Shown here piece after piece: positions 63,051 to 64,000 of a stretch of 64,000 nucleotides of DNA. A model generated the notes under the pieces. It worked only from the letters and a program-made list of their open reading frames with translations, searched no databases and was not told the DNA's origin. The translations under genes and the position numbers were made by a program. How positions within the stretch are numbered: the first letter of the stretch is position 1; every line of letters begins with the position of its first letter. Source of the DNA: Octopus sinensis (Eukaryota); the NCBI RefSeq assembly GCF_006345805.1, contig NC_043015.1:46438001-46502000 (forward strand). Reading direction: 5' to 3'.

Positions 63051-63505
63051 AATGGTCAGTGGCAAGAGAGGAAGAGGCCGACCAAGAACCCGCTGGCTTG
63101 ACACCATCAAGAGTGATACTGGAATAGACAGCCAATCTGAAAGAAGTGGCCCAGGATAGAACTGACTGGAGGACACTGATCCAACGAGTAACCGAGAGTC
63201 GACTTCGACTGAGCGGATAGAGAGAGAAGTATTGTATATATATACCGTCAGTTGTTAAAGGTGAAAAATATGTTTTCAGAGAAAGCGATGGGGGTGGAGG
63301 AAGATAAACTATTGGAGAAGGACATGGAATGGTCAGTGGCAAGAGAGGAAGAGGCCGACCAAGAACCCACTGGCTTGACACCATCAAGAGTGATACTGGA
63401 ATAGACAGCCAATCTGAAAGAAGCGGGCCAGGATAGAACTGACTGGAGGACACTGATCCAACGAGTAACCGAGAGTCGACTTTGACTGAGCGGATAGATA
63501 GATAG
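63051..63505 (+). mobile_element. Two near-identical RTE-BovB-like 3' ends (about 63051-63225 and 63303-63505)
   Basis: MVSGKRGRGRPRTRWLDTIKSD...AQDRTDWRTLIQRVTESRLRLSG*, with (gata/gaga) tails. Confidence 0.8.
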
Positions 63506-63849
63506 AATTAAATAAAAAAAACAAAAATAAATCAACAAGAAGCAAATTTAAATTCTATATGATGAATCGTCACATTTTATTACCTGGCATTTTCACAGAG
63601 TCAGAATGAAAAAATAATTTCCTGTTCTATCATTTCCTTCACAGGGATGTGTTTTGGAGTTTTTGGTAATCCTTGCAACAGAAAACATTTCAGTTCATTT
63701 TTGTTCTTCTATAGACACATACCAACATTGGTTGTAGAATTCCACAAAAAAGTTTTGCTTCTTTTTTTTATATATTTTTGGCTTCATTTTTCTGGTCCCT
63801 GGTCTTAAAGTTGTCAGAACGCCTTCTCAAACACAAATAATACACAGGA

Positions 63850-64000
<151 letters not shown>

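Noticed and set aside
62916-63051. Apparent exon after a good acceptor (ttttcttgcag)
   Set aside because: Another frame (IQSIWNSL...FKN) resembles a LINE C-terminus that is interrupted by the hAT MITE.

Overview
AT-rich, microsatellite- and SINE-dense animal genomic DNA; the repeat landscape points to an octopus/coleoid cephalopod (inference). Two spliced housekeeping genes were reconstructed by hand. PACRG (+ strand): four coding exons at 39637-44145; its first coding exon is not securely located, with a candidate first exon ending at 25477. USB1 (- strand): all seven exons at 57672-44907, 279 aa, both HxS catalytic motifs. The two genes end tail-to-tail 761 bp apart. The left part (about 6.5-26 kb) is an accessory region with two intronless minus-strand ORFs. 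One is a SARAF/TMEM66-like gene (15961-16704) with all six luminal cysteines but a non-canonical cytosolic tail. The other is a strongly diverged paralog (11333-11824) that keeps the signal peptide, a few anchor motifs and the TM helix but has lost the disulfide framework. This paralog pair is the best candidate for an undescribed system. Also notable: several minimal type I hammerhead-ribozyme-shaped motifs, including G3:C8 and U3:A8 covariant cores; a ~410-440 bp MITE family (8-bp TSD, internal TTAGGG repeats, CCAAT/CRE-like motif) lying near gene 5' ends; a small inversion with inverted-duplicated breakpoints; and several long near-perfect hairpins. The rest is decayed transposons (Tigger, mariner, Chapaev-like, piggyBac-like and hAT MITEs, CR1, RTE, R4/Dong) and simple repeats. 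Most ORFs in the supplied track are simple-repeat or SINE artefacts.
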